Source: Flavobacteriales bacterium (GTDB lineage: Bacteria > Bacteroidota > Bacteroidia > Palsa-965). Taken from it: a stretch of DNA of 64,000 bases. Made by a program: the position numbers and the translations under genes. Location of the stretch: assembly GCA_040377305.1 (NCBI GenBank), contig JBEIPA010000013.1:64001-128000 (forward strand), written 5' to 3'. The notes beneath the pieces are model-generated. The model worked only from the letters and a program-made list of their open reading frames with translations, searched no databases and was not told where the DNA came from. Below are positions 47,777-58,900 of this stretch, one piece after another. Each line of letters begins with the position of its first letter. Within the stretch, counting starts at the first letter, position 1.

Positions 47777-48196
47777 TGATTTAGGTACTAAGTGCACTTC
47801 CCAATCATTTCCATCATCCTGAAAGCGAACCCAGAATTCTTTTTCCTTCAAGCGTAGAATCTGGTATTGTTCCGACTCACCGTCTGTGTTTGTAAAGCGG
47901 ATTTCCATTTTTTCGCTTACAAACTGCCACTGACCACTTTCGTTTACTTGTGCTAAGCTAAATGGACTGTAAGAAAGTGAATACGTATCGTCTTTGCGGA
48001 TGTCGAGTAAGTAACCGGCGAAAGCTGCGTTGAAATCAGAAGTTTTGTCAACTCCGTTTTGCATAGCTGAGCTTACTTGCCACTCGTTACACACACGTTG
48101 TTTCTTAGTACGTAGACTTAGTCCCGGACCATCTTCATATTTGCCGCATCCAACTAAAATGAAAAGCGGAATTGCAAGGAGCATTATTTTTTTCAT
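47774..48196 (-). CDS. Lipocalin-like lipoprotein (paralogue 1)
   Basis: LVGC lipobox, KYEDGP..SL.TKKQR....W, ILRLKEKEFW. Confidence 0.75.
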   Translation of the reverse strand: MKKIMLLAIPLFILVGCGKYEDGPGLSLRTKKQRVCNEWQVSSAMQNGVDKTSDFNAAFAGYLLDIRKDDTYSLSYSPFSLAQVNESGQWQFVSEKMEIRFTNTDGESEQYQILRLKEKEFWVRFQDDGNDWEVHLVPKS

Positions 48197-48217
48197 AACG
48201 ATTAAGTTTTACAGGGT

Positions 48218-48634
48218 TTATTTAGGATGAAGATGCAATTCCCATTCGTTGCCCGAATCGGTGAACCGCACCCATAATTCATTGCCGGCTAAACGCAGTA
48301 TCTGATAATCGATTTCACTTCCATCGTCGGCCGTAGCGACGAAATGAAGTTTGTCGTTCGTGAATTTCCAAACACCCTTTTTAATGATATGCTGTTCATC
48401 ACTATTCCGATAGAACTGTGTATACTTTTCATCATCACCAATATTGAACTGGTAATCCCTGTAGGTATCCAGAAATGAAGGTGCTTCACCATTCACGTGG
48501 ATGGCTTCGTTAATCATCCAGTTGTTCGTTAGCCGTTCCTTGCTCGTGATCAAGCTATACTCGGGACCGTTTTCGTATTTCGTGCATCCCGCCAGAAGCA
48601 GAATTCCAATCGCAACAGAAAGTATCGTTTTCAT
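48218..48634 (-). CDS. Lipocalin-like lipoprotein (paralogue 2)
   Basis: LAGC lipobox, KYENGP..SL..SKERL...W, ILRLAGNELW; a clear tandem paralogue of the neighbour. Confidence 0.75.
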   Translation of the reverse strand: MKTILSVAIGILLLAGCTKYENGPEYSLITSKERLTNNWMINEAIHVNGEAPSFLDTYRDYQFNIGDDEKYTQFYRNSDEQHIIKKGVWKFTNDKLHFVATADDGSEIDYQILRLAGNELWVRFTDSGNEWELHLHPK

Positions 48635-48782
48635 CACACACATTTCCAGAACATCATTCGAATTCTATGCCTCAAAGAAAAATCGCGTTTTTGGAAAGAA
48701 TACGTTTGTTTTGGATTTCTCACCGTGGAGTACAATCCACACTTCCGGACATTTCGCGGGAGATACTTATCTTGCGTGTTCC

Positions 48783-50387
48783 ATGGACGAACAGAAAATC
48801 GGCAAGAAAGTTTGGATTGCAATTCTGTTTATTCTCACTTTTCTTATTTATGGAAGAACAGTCTCCTACGAATTCGTGTGGGATGACGAGAGATCGCACC
48901 TCACCGCGCATAAAGATCTGATGGAAGGAAATGTCGGGAAGCTCATGACCAAAACTTACGATGGCATGTACATTCCGGTAACGTACCTAACGTGGAATGC
49001 GGTGAAGACCTTCGCGAAAGACGGAGAAACACTTAGCCCGAAACCATTTCACTTTCTAAACGTGCTGTTTCACGCGATCAACGTAGTGCTGCTGTTTCTG
49101 ATTCTGCACTTGCTTTTTGGAAATAGCCTGGCAGCATTTATCGGGGCATTTGTTTTCGGTTTTCACCCGATGCAAGTAGAGAGTGTCGCGTGGATTTCAG
49201 AATTCCGGGGCGTGTACAGTTGCTTCTTCAGCTTAACGGCGCTGTTGGTTTTATTCCGCAATCTCAAAACACATACGTTTACTTCAGCGAAAGATCTGAT
49301 CAGCTCGAGGTTTTTTATTGGAGCCACAGTACTTTTTGTCTGCGCACTTCTGTCAAAACCAACTGCGGTGATGTTTCCATTCATCACGATGTTACTCGTG
49401 TGGTGTTTCTTCCGCGAATCGTTCACCGCAGCACGAAACGCCATGATCGTGTGGGTTGTCCTTGTCATTCCGGTTGCCCTCAGTACATCCGGTGCTCAGC
49501 AGAACGATATCATGGAATTCGTTACACCGTTTGCACAACGATTTGCTTTGGTTGGCTATTCCATCGGATTCTACCTGATGAAAGTTTTTGTTCCAATCAA
49601 CCTTGCACCGTCTTATGGAATAACTCCGCAAGTTATTCTGCAGGATGTAATGGCGTACGTTGGACTTGCAATCGTTCTTGCCATTGCCGCATTCCTATTC
49701 TGGAAACGCGAGAAGTATAAGCACCTGTTCACAGGATATTATCTGTTCGTGCTGAGTGTTCTGCCCGTTACCGGAATCGTTACGTTTTATTTTCAGCGTT
49801 ATTCCAACGTTGCCGATCGATACGTCTACTTTGGCATGATTGGTTTTGCCATCATCGCAGCATACACCAACGCTCGTGCATCAGTGAAATGGGTTAGAAG
49901 TATTCCGATCGGACTCATAGCGGGCTATTTGATTTTTGCGAACGCACAAATTCCGGTTTGGAAAGATGAATTTTCGATCTGGAACCATTCCTATTTTGAG
50001 TATCCAAATCAGTTCCAGGCTGCATACAATCTCGGTGTATATTATGGACAACGCAATGATTCCAGAAGAGCAGTTGCCTTCTACACGAAAGCACTTGAAA
50101 ACAATCCATCGAGCAAGGATGCGCTCGTCAACCGTGCAAATGTGTATGGCAAGACGAACGATTTTCCGAATGCATTAAAAGACTACGACGCAGCTCTCGC
50201 ATTGGACCCCAACGACGGCAGCATCTACTACAACCGCGCGCTCACCAATTACTTCATGAAAAATTACGAAGCGTGTCCACCTGACATTATCAAAGCCCAG
50301 GAATATGGTTTTGTAATTGACATGCAGTTTGCAACGGCGGTGAGGGATTCTATGCGGGCGGTGAGGGGGAGAGATTCGTTGCAGTGA
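48783..50387 (+). CDS. TMTC-like GT-C membrane glycosyltransferase with C-terminal TPRs
   Basis: FVWDD, Y.P.T, FH..NV.FH, HP.QVESVAWIS, ALLSK, ADRYVY, then TPRs. Start moved to MDEQK. Confidence 0.8.
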   Translation: MDEQKIGKKVWIAILFILTFLIYGRTVSYEFVWDDERSHLTAHKDLMEGNVGKLMTKTYDGMYIPVTYLTWNAVKTFAKDGETLSPKPFHFLNVLFHAINVVLLFLILHLLFGNSLAAFIGAFVFGFHPMQVESVAWISEFRGVYSCFFSLTALLVLFRNLKTHTFTSAKDLISSRFFIGATVLFVCALLSKPTAVMFPFITMLLVWCFFRESFTAARNAMIVWVVLVIPVALSTSGAQQNDIMEFVTPFAQRFALVGYSIGFYLMKVFVPINLAPSYGITPQVILQDVMAYVGLAIVLAIAAFLFWKREKYKHLFTGYYLFVLSVLPVTGIVTFYFQRYSNVADRYVYFGMIGFAIIAAYTNARASVKWVRSIPIGLIAGYLIFANAQIPVWKDEFSIWNHSYFEYPNQFQAAYNLGVYYGQRNDSRRAVAFYTKALENNPSSKDALVNRANVYGKTNDFPNALKDYDAALALDPNDGSIYYNRALTNYFMKNYEACPPDIIKAQEYGFVIDMQFATAVRDSMRAVRGRDSLQ

Positions 50388-50393
50388 TCTGCT

Positions 50394-51248
50394 TTACTCA
50401 CTGACAACAATTTTATTGCCTGCAACATTACCTTGAGCAGTACTTAAAACATAGGTATATGTTCCGGGCAAAAATGTTCCCGATTCAATCACAAGTGTGT
50501 TGAAACTGCTGGTAACACTGTATTGCTTCACTTCCTGACCTAGTAGGTCATAGATGATCATTGTTCCTGAATTTGTTCCGGCAGGTAGCTGATATGGAAT
50601 TGTAACACTACTGGTGGTTGGATTGGGGTAAGGAGCGGGGAGTTGCTGGTTTGGCTGCGTTCCCCCGCCCGTTTGTTGAATTCCATTGATCACACCTCCG
50701 GTACACTCGTTGCAAGGTATCGTGCCCGGCAAGCTGTATACTTCCATCGCTCCTGAAGGCGACATATCACGAATTAGCATTTTCACACCGGCAGAAGTAA
50801 ATACGATTCCGTGCTGTGCCATGGGAAAGCTATTGGTTGAATTGGGACAATCGGCAGTGTCTCGTAAAAAAAGCACATTTCCCAATTCATCATACACGCG
50901 TATATGGCTTGGCCCAATGCCAAAATTTGTGGTGTCGCGATACACAATCATGTATTCTATATCTGCTGAATTCGTGTTGAACAATTCATCACTTACGAAT
51001 CGAACTCCAATGTTTGAAATTGGCGTGAATGGTTGCGGAGGAATTGAGAAGGTTCTAAATAGTGAATGATTGAGATTATAGATATTGATTTGCCCATTCA
51101 CATTCTCGAAGTATTTGTATCCTGCCGCGCTGAGTTGAATCAAACCTGAATTTGAATAACCCGGTGCATTAGGATAGCTAGCTTCAAACGTGATTTGGGC
51201 GGTTGCTGATATAGCAATGAGTTGAAAGGTGACCATCAATTTTTTCAT
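50394..51248 (-). CDS. T9SS type A cargo protein
   Basis: Signal peptide and YPNPT..IYDLLGQEV..GTYTY CTD. Confidence 0.8.
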   Translation of the reverse strand: MKKLMVTFQLIAISATAQITFEASYPNAPGYSNSGLIQLSAAGYKYFENVNGQINIYNLNHSLFRTFSIPPQPFTPISNIGVRFVSDELFNTNSADIEYMIVYRDTTNFGIGPSHIRVYDELGNVLFLRDTADCPNSTNSFPMAQHGIVFTSAGVKMLIRDMSPSGAMEVYSLPGTIPCNECTGGVINGIQQTGGGTQPNQQLPAPYPNPTTSSVTIPYQLPAGTNSGTMIIYDLLGQEVKQYSVTSSFNTLVIESGTFLPGTYTYVLSTAQGNVAGNKIVVSE

Positions 51249-51334
51249 GGTAGCATGTTTAGGAATAGCAAGAATAGTGCGAATAGGCAGTGCACACAAA
51301 ATCCACTTAGAGGATTCTTACGCGCTCACCATTG

Positions 51335-52648
51335 CTATTTCGCAATCGCCTCCGCCGCACCTTCCATCTTCATCCCTCTCGAACCTTTAATCAGAATTAA
51401 AGATTCACTCGGCGGATTTTTCTCCAGCCACGTTTTCACTTCACCGGCATCTTTCATACGTAGAAAATTGTGAGTGTCGCTTGTCTTTGCAAAATGATCA
51501 CCCACGACAATTACGGTTGCTTCCGGAGTTTTTTCGCTGAGGAAATTTACAATGCGTTGGTGTTCGGCAGCAGAGGAATCGCCAAGCTCGAACATATCAC
51601 CCAGAATGAGCATCTTTTTATTCGCAGGAGTTGCTGCCATATTTTCAATCGCGGCAATCATGCTCGAAGGATTTGCATTGTAACAATCGAGAATCAAAGT
51701 ATTGCTTCCGCGCGTCTCGAGCTGTGAACGATTGTTATCCGGAACATACATTGCAATCGCATTGTCAATGTCGAGATGATTGACACCAAAATGCATTCCG
51801 ATAGCAGTTGCGCCCAGCATGTTCGGGAGATTGTAAGAACCGATCATTTGTGTATGCACATCGTGCGGAACAACTCCATCCGCGTGCCATTGATAACTCA
51901 CGTACGGAGTAGAGGAGATCAATGTTCCTTGCACCATCGCGGTAACATCGGTTCCGTAGGACACATTAGGCAAGCGCAATTTGAAAGCATGCAGGCGAAC
52001 TTCATCTTCGAGCAAAAATGCAAATGCCTTTTTCTTTTCAAGATGAATCAGCATTTCGGTTTTGCCTTTAAACACGCCTTCTTCTCCACCGAATCCTTCG
52101 AGATGCGCAAGACCGATGTTCGTAATCAAACCGCAATCGGGATCGGCAATGGCACACAAGTCGCGAATTTCTCCCTGATGATTTGCGCCCATTTCAATCA
52201 CCGCAATTTCATGCGCTGCTGTCAAGCGCAACAACGTCAACGGAACACCGATGTGATTATTCAGATTGCCCTGCGTAAAAAGCACGTTGTATTTTTTCGC
52301 AAGCACTCGCGCAATTAATTCTTTCGTCGTCGTTTTGCCGTTACTTCCGGTGAGCGCAACAACTTTCAATCCGCTTGCACCAAGAACTTTTCGGTGATGG
52401 GCAGAAAGGTCTTGCAACGCTTTCAGGACATCGCTAACGAGCAAACACTTGTCCGACGACACATATTCCGCTTCGTCAACAACAGCGTACGCAGCGCCTT
52501 TAGAAATAGCATCTGCCGCGAATTTATTTCCGTTGAAGTTTCCACCTTTGAGTGCGAAGAAAATGCAGCCTGGCGTAATCGTACGCGTGTCTGTGCAAAC
52601 TACCGGATTGCTGGTGAATACTTCGTATAGCTGCGCCGTTGACGTCAT
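51335..52648 (-). CDS. murF: UDP-N-acetylmuramoyl-tripeptide--D-Ala-D-Ala ligase
   Basis: TGSNGKTTTKE, GNLNNHIGVP, EMGANH, DCYNANPSS, KGSRG. Confidence 0.97.
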   Translation of the reverse strand: MTSTAQLYEVFTSNPVVCTDTRTITPGCIFFALKGGNFNGNKFAADAISKGAAYAVVDEAEYVSSDKCLLVSDVLKALQDLSAHHRKVLGASGLKVVALTGSNGKTTTKELIARVLAKKYNVLFTQGNLNNHIGVPLTLLRLTAAHEIAVIEMGANHQGEIRDLCAIADPDCGLITNIGLAHLEGFGGEEGVFKGKTEMLIHLEKKKAFAFLLEDEVRLHAFKLRLPNVSYGTDVTAMVQGTLISSTPYVSYQWHADGVVPHDVHTQMIGSYNLPNMLGATAIGMHFGVNHLDIDNAIAMYVPDNNRSQLETRGSNTLILDCYNANPSSMIAAIENMAATPANKKMLILGDMFELGDSSAAEHQRIVNFLSEKTPEATVIVVGDHFAKTSDTHNFLRMKDAGEVKTWLEKNPPSESLILIKGSRGMKMEGAAEAIAK

Positions 52649-52672
52649 GCTTCGAAGTTACGAAGACTGATA

Positions 52673-53047
52673 TTATTCCCGTCTGTAAATCATTTCCACC
52701 TTTTTTCGTTTTTCTGTTTTCTCAAAAACGATCTGGAGTGATCCGTTTTCAGCACGTCGCGTAAGAAAGAATGATTCTTCGCGTGGCTCACTACGAAAGA
52801 TGACGTGGATTTTATTATCCGGCTCAATCGTGTACCTCCCACCATAAACAATGGTAATCCACTGGCTCGTGTCTGTATAGGATTGGTATGTTGAATGAAC
52901 AAACAGACTGTCATTGGTTATCACAAGTTTCTGTTCTTTCCCGTGATTATCGATACACACCCAGGTTCCCTTGATGCTATCTGAAGTGAGTTGGGCAAAA
53001 GCTGTTGTGCTGAAGACGAGAGAAAGGAGGAGTATGATTTGCTTCAT
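52673..53047 (-). CDS. Small exported hypothetical protein
   Basis: Signal peptide (TAFA-Q) and IKGTW motif. Confidence 0.65.
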   Translation of the reverse strand: MKQIILLLSLVFSTTAFAQLTSDSIKGTWVCIDNHGKEQKLVITNDSLFVHSTYQSYTDTSQWITIVYGGRYTIEPDNKIHVIFRSEPREESFFLTRRAENGSLQIVFEKTEKRKKVEMIYRRE

Positions 53048-53080
53048 GTCATGAAGGGGTTACGTATAGTTTAAATTTAT

Positions 53081-53115
53081 AAAAAAAGGCTGCTCAATCT
53101 GAGCAGCCTTTTTTT
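53081..53115 (-). terminator. Rho-independent terminator after gldJ
   Basis: aaaaaaaggctgctca-atc-tgagcagccttttttt. Confidence 0.85.
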
Positions 53116-53129
53116 ATATCAGAATACTA

Positions 53130-54662
53130 TTACTTTCCTCCGAGTCCAACCGGTGAACCAACGCGGTCCATGCAGCAGCGGAATCCGATGAATGCTGTAG
53201 ATTGTTGCTGATCGAGGAAGCGACGCGTTCCTGGTACCATCCAGTATGCGCGATCTCTCCACGAGCCGCCTTTGTACACACGGGCTTTGTCATTGATCAA
53301 TGATGTAAAGCCGTATTCGTACATGAGTTTGTTTGGAGTAACTGACGCAGGATCGCTGTAGTATACAGAAGACAAACCATCACCATCATGGTAATTGATG
53401 TTGTCAGCATACTTGTAGTTACGACGCTTGTCAAGTTTGTCTTCTTTGTAAGAGATGTCAACGTTACGGTAACGGATCGCACCAGGAATTGACACGATGT
53501 TTGAGTCTTTGTCGTAACGAACAGAATCTTCAACGTACATCAACGTAGGGTCAGTAGGATCCATCAATTGAGTCTGGAAAACGTTACCACGGAATCCGCG
53601 GAAATCATCATCATCAGTCAATGAAAGCGGACGATATACATCCATTACCCACTCTGATACGTTACCTGCCATGTTGTACAGACCGTAATCGTTCGGCCAG
53701 TAAGAATAAACTGGAGTAGTGATATCACCGGCGTCATTCAGGTAACCTGCAGTTCCCATGTTGTCACCGTTTGAACGCTTGTAGTTAGCAAGCATCTGTC
53801 CGATATATTCTTCGTTCGGGTTACGAACCGCGTGTCCGTTCCAAGGATAGAGACGACGATCTGTGATACGCTCACCGATTGTGTTTCCGATCAATCCGAA
53901 TGCAGCATATTCCCACTCAGCTTCTGTCGGGAGGCGGTACTTCGGAAGAAGGATACCATCTTCCATACGCACACGACGCTCTTCAGGTCCTGTTGGGTTG
54001 AGTGCAGGAATGTTCGAGATTACGTTACCCACGAATGGGTTGTTTGCTTTGTCCCCGGCGAGGTAGTGATCTGTGTTGAACGCCTGATCATTCAATGCAT
54101 CAGGAGCCCAGTCAAGAACGCCTTCGCGGATAAGAATGAATTCGTTTACACGATCTGTACGCCAGCTGGCGAAGTTCGAAGCCTGTAGCCAGTTCACACC
54201 TACTACCGGATAATCGCGGTAAGAAGGGTGACGCAGGTAATACAATACGTACGGTTCATTGTACGCCAGCTTCTCGCGCCATACGAGTGTATCTGGAAGT
54301 GCGTTGTTGTAGATCTCCGGATAGTCAGCACCGTAAACACGAATCGTCCAGTACAAGTACTCGAGATAATCAAGGTTACGAACTTCTGTTTCGTCCATAT
54401 AGAAAGACGACACAGTTACACGACGTGGAACGTTGTTCCAATCGTAGTTGACGTCCTGTTCTACACGACCCATAGTGAATGTTCCGCCTTCGATGAACAC
54501 CAGACCAGGTCCGGTCTCTTGCTCTTCGTAAGGCACAACTTCAAATCCTCCGTTATTTGGATCGTTGTAGTCCCAGCCGGTAACGTTAGATCGCTCTCTT
54601 TGGCAGCTGCCCAAAAGAACAATTGTCGCTAACAGCATCATCGGCATCACTGATTTTTTCAT
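53130..54662 (-). CDS. gldJ: Gliding motility lipoprotein GldJ (FGE-sulfatase/SUMF1 fold)
   Basis: LGSC lipobox, TGW.YN, GLVFIEGGTFTMG, RLPTEAEWEYAA, GLYNMAGNVSEW, IGFRC; lies between murF and porU. Confidence 0.85.
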   Translation of the reverse strand: MKKSVMPMMLLATIVLLGSCQRERSNVTGWDYNDPNNGGFEVVPYEEQETGPGLVFIEGGTFTMGRVEQDVNYDWNNVPRRVTVSSFYMDETEVRNLDYLEYLYWTIRVYGADYPEIYNNALPDTLVWREKLAYNEPYVLYYLRHPSYRDYPVVGVNWLQASNFASWRTDRVNEFILIREGVLDWAPDALNDQAFNTDHYLAGDKANNPFVGNVISNIPALNPTGPEERRVRMEDGILLPKYRLPTEAEWEYAAFGLIGNTIGERITDRRLYPWNGHAVRNPNEEYIGQMLANYKRSNGDNMGTAGYLNDAGDITTPVYSYWPNDYGLYNMAGNVSEWVMDVYRPLSLTDDDDFRGFRGNVFQTQLMDPTDPTLMYVEDSVRYDKDSNIVSIPGAIRYRNVDISYKEDKLDKRRNYKYADNINYHDGDGLSSVYYSDPASVTPNKLMYEYGFTSLINDKARVYKGGSWRDRAYWMVPGTRRFLDQQQSTAFIGFRCCMDRVGSPVGLGGK

Positions 54663-54760
54663 GGTGAGAGATGTTGGTTGTAGTAGTTTCCCTTTATTGT
54701 TTACTAATCTATATAACGGCGTTTCCCGCGCCAGATACATATACTATTGAAAATAATTTT

Positions 54761-55711
54761 TTAGAACGACGGACAGCTAACTGTACGGAACTTCTTTTTC
54801 TTCGGACGACACTCAAACTGCATCTGGAACGACAGCTCATGTGAACCTGCTGTAGCGTTGGTCAGTTTCGACACTGTTACGTCGTAGCTGTAACCAAACT
54901 TGAACAAGTCCTGCTGGAATCCAAGAAGTAGAATGAACGAATCGCGGTTACGGTACCATGCACCACCAACGATTGGTCCTTTAGTGAAGTAGATTCCGAG
55001 GTTCAGCTGTTCGAAATCTCCTTGTTTCTGATACAGGATGTTTGGTGAAATATTCGAATCACCATAACGTCCTCCCAATGGAATTACAGCACCGGCGTGG
55101 CCTGTATATTTCATTGGCAATTTTGACTGACCAAGGAATCCTTCATCAGGCTCAGTAATGTGGTGTACAGCGAAACCGAAGAAATAACGGCGGCTGTATC
55201 CCAAAAGACCTGCTGAGAAGTCAACGTTGGTACGACTAGTAACGTTCGGAACCTCTGCTGTATTGTATACGAAGCCACGACGCGGGTCGATCATATCACC
55301 GAAATTCAGCTTGCTCCAGTCAACCGACTTTTGAGCGTATGTAGCCTGCATTCCGATTTTCATCGAGAACTCACGTGTGATGTTCAGCTGATATGAATAC
55401 ATACCGCTGATGTTTGTAGTGTTGATTGTAGCTTGTCCGGCACGGTCGTTGGTGAAAAGGAATCCAACACCTCCCTGAATCGCATCAATATGCTGATCGT
55501 ATGATGCACTGTACGTTACGAATGTTCCTGAAATCCCAGGCCATTGGTTACGGTAGTTCAAACAAATACGCGGACAGCGCGCAGTACCTGCAAAAGCGGG
55601 GTTTAGGTACAGCGGATTTGCATAGAACTGGGTAAATTCCGGGTCCTGTGCAAAAAGATCGCCCATGCTAACTGTTACAAGCGCAAGGACAATAACCAGA
55701 CGTTTCATCAT
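54761..55711 (-). CDS. PorP/SprF family T9SS outer-membrane protein
   Basis: QDPEFTQFY.NPLYLNPAFAG, YRNQW, GYSYD...S.L....GSHE. Confidence 0.92.
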   Translation of the reverse strand: MMKRLVIVLALVTVSMGDLFAQDPEFTQFYANPLYLNPAFAGTARCPRICLNYRNQWPGISGTFVTYSASYDQHIDAIQGGVGFLFTNDRAGQATINTTNISGMYSYQLNITREFSMKIGMQATYAQKSVDWSKLNFGDMIDPRRGFVYNTAEVPNVTSRTNVDFSAGLLGYSRRYFFGFAVHHITEPDEGFLGQSKLPMKYTGHAGAVIPLGGRYGDSNISPNILYQKQGDFEQLNLGIYFTKGPIVGGAWYRNRDSFILLLGFQQDLFKFGYSYDVTVSKLTNATAGSHELSFQMQFECRPKKKKFRTVSCPSF

Positions 55712-55984
55712 GTTTATGATGTTAGGTTAAGATACAATGATACGGATTTTACCCGAACCAACCGTCCATTTGAGAAAATCGACAGTGCTCAGGCAATAAA
55801 CCGTGTTTGCCAACGTTTTTCTCTCGGTTTTAATTCTGGTCCGGAGACTAACTAAACATAAAGTACAGTAATTTCAACCGGAATTCCAAGTAAACAGGCG
55901 GCAAACCTGTTTTTTTGTCCGGATTAGAGCCGAAAATTGGCCCGCACGCCAGCAAAAAAAGGAAGAACTTTATTGAATTGCGAC

Positions 55985-58900
55985 ATGAAGTCACGATCTG
56001 CTACAATACGCTTATTTACAGCCATTTGCGCCCTAGTTGCGACTCAGGGAATGGCTCAGAATTTCCGCAAACTGAACACTGGAGAGCACCAGGAATTGCG
56101 TTGGACCACGCCCATTTACAACCGGTTTAACGAGAACGAGGTGAAGACCTTCGCCTACTTTGAAGGGGCACAATACGATGCTTCTAAGAATTTCCTTCCG
56201 TACTGGCAGGAGATGAAACAGCTCAATTCAGATGTAACCGTAACCGCTGTTATTGAAAACGCGGTGTATGAAACTATGGATCCGAATTCGGTTTCAGCAA
56301 TCGGCACACAAGCCAGTCAGATTGGAACTGAGGCGGAAGTTGTTGCTATTGTTACGAAATCGCGCGGCAAATTTTATTCGAGCATTCGCATTGTGCCGAT
56401 GCGAAGAACAGGAAACGGAACTATCCAACGGCTGGTTAGCTTCGATCTGCGCACCATTGAAACGCCGAATACTCAGCGTCAGCAAATACAAACTTCCAGT
56501 GTTGCGAACTCAGTTCTTGCAAGCGGAACCTGGTATAAAATTGCCGTTGTGTATTCAGGAATTCATAAGATCGATTACAACTTCCTGAATAATCTTGGAA
56601 TTGATATGGCTTCGCTTGATCCACGTGATCTGCGTCTTTATGGAAATGGCCGTGGACAACTTCCATTCAGCAATTACGAACAACATTACGATGATCTGAA
56701 TGAGAATGCGATTTATGTTCAGGGTGAAGCTGACGGTGTTTTCGATCAGAACGATTACATGTTGTTCTACGGCGTTGCTCCGAATACGTGGGAATACGAT
56801 ACTTCAGATAATCATTATCGTCATCACGTTCATGAGTATTCAGACACGACTTACTATTTCCTCACGTATGACAAAGGTCCGGGCGCTTCACGTATTCAGG
56901 GACAAGGATCTTCTTTGCTGACTCCAACAGATACCGTTGATGCGTTCGACGATTATGGTTTCCACGAATACGACAATGAGAATCTAATCAAGTCCGGGCG
57001 TTCGTGGTACGGGGAGAAAATCGATATCATCAACACGTACAGTTTCGCGTTCAACTTTCCGAACATTGAGTTAGGAGAATTGTCGTGGTGCGATGTGGAC
57101 ATGATTTCACGAAACGGTTCGTCTACCTCTTTCAATTTGTCTTGTCAATCGAACACATCGCAGTTTTTCATCGGACCAGCACAAATGACCACGTATTACG
57201 CGCCGTATGCAATCGGAGGCGGACAGGAAATTACGTTTACTCCTAATGGACCAACAATTACCGTCACAGTGACGCGTGACCCAAATAGCGCAGCTACAGC
57301 GTGGATCAATTGGGTGGAAGTAAACTGTCGTCGCCAATTGCGCATGAGCGGATCCCAAATGGCATTCCGTGATATGACTACTGTTGGCGCAGGGAATGTT
57401 GCGCTGTATCAATTCTCAAACTTCAGCAACTCAACTGTTATTTGGGATGTGACAGATTATGCGAATCCGAAAACACAGGCAACAACGATCAACGGACCAA
57501 TTCTGGAATGGACATTGCCTGCTGATACTCTTCACGAGTTTGTCGCATTTGATGGTTCTTCATATCACACACCACGAAGTGCCGGTGCAATAGTCAATCA
57601 GAATCTGCACGCAACACCGCAGGTTGATTACATCATTGTAACACATCCGATGTTCATGGCGCAGGCGCAGGAGCTTGCACAGCTTCACGCTGATCACGAT
57701 ACGCTGACCACCGTTATTGTAACTCCGCAACAGATTTACAACGAGTTCTCTTCGGGTGCACAAGACGTTACTGCCATCCGCGATTTTGTGAAAATGCTTT
57801 ACGATCGTGCATCTACACCGGAAGAATTGCCGAAGTACTTGTTGCTGCTTGGAGATGGATCTTACGACAACAAACGTCGTTTATCGAACAACACGAATTT
57901 CATTCCAACGTTTCAGAATTTCGATGGACTTGGATTAACTACATCGTATGTATCGGATGAATTTTACGGATTGCTGGATGATCAAGGTCATTGGGACAGC
58001 GGTGCAGATGTCGGTACCTGCGATTTAGGAATCGGACGTTTCCCGGTGCAGTCTGTTGCAGAAGCGCAAGGCATTGTTGACAAGATTCGTTTCTATATGA
58101 CGCGTCAGGAGCCGGTTATTAATACTGCGGCCTGCACCAACAATCAGTGTGGTAATGGTGGTGAGTGGAGAAACACGGTTGTGTTTGTTGGGGACGACGA
58201 AGACTCGAACATTCACATGAGTCAGGCAGATCAGATGGCGACGCTGGTTGATACGAGCTATGACAATTACAACATCGATAAAATTTATCTCGACGCATAT
58301 CAGCAAGTGGAAACGCCGGGTGGATCACGTTATCCGGATGTAAACGAGGCAATCACACGGAGAGTTGAGCGCGGTGCATTGATAATAAACTATACCGGTC
58401 ACGGAGGAGAAGTTGGGCTTGCGCACGAACGTGTTGTGGAAGTTCACCAGATTAATTCGTGGAGAAATATGTGCAACCTGCCCTTGTTTGTAACTGCTAC
58501 CTGTGAGTTTGCGCGTTACGATGATCCGGGCAGAACATCTGCAGGCGAGTATGTAATTCTTAATTCACTCGGCGCAGGAATCGGGTTGTTTACGACTACG
58601 CGTCTTGTATATTCAACGCCGAATTTCGTACTGAACCGGAATTTCTACCGTACAGTTTTCGAACCAATCAACGGTGAAATGCCGCACATTGGTGATGTGT
58701 ATTGGGAAACGAAATTGCTTAGCGGAAACAGCACGAACAACAGAAACTTCGCATTACTTGGTGATCCTGCGTTGAAACTTAATTATGCGCACAACGAAGT
58801 TGTAACTACCGAAGTAAACAACGAACCGGTGAACATGTCGCAGGCCGATACGTTGAAAGCACTCGATCGCGTAACAATCAAAGGTTTTGTTTCAGATCCA

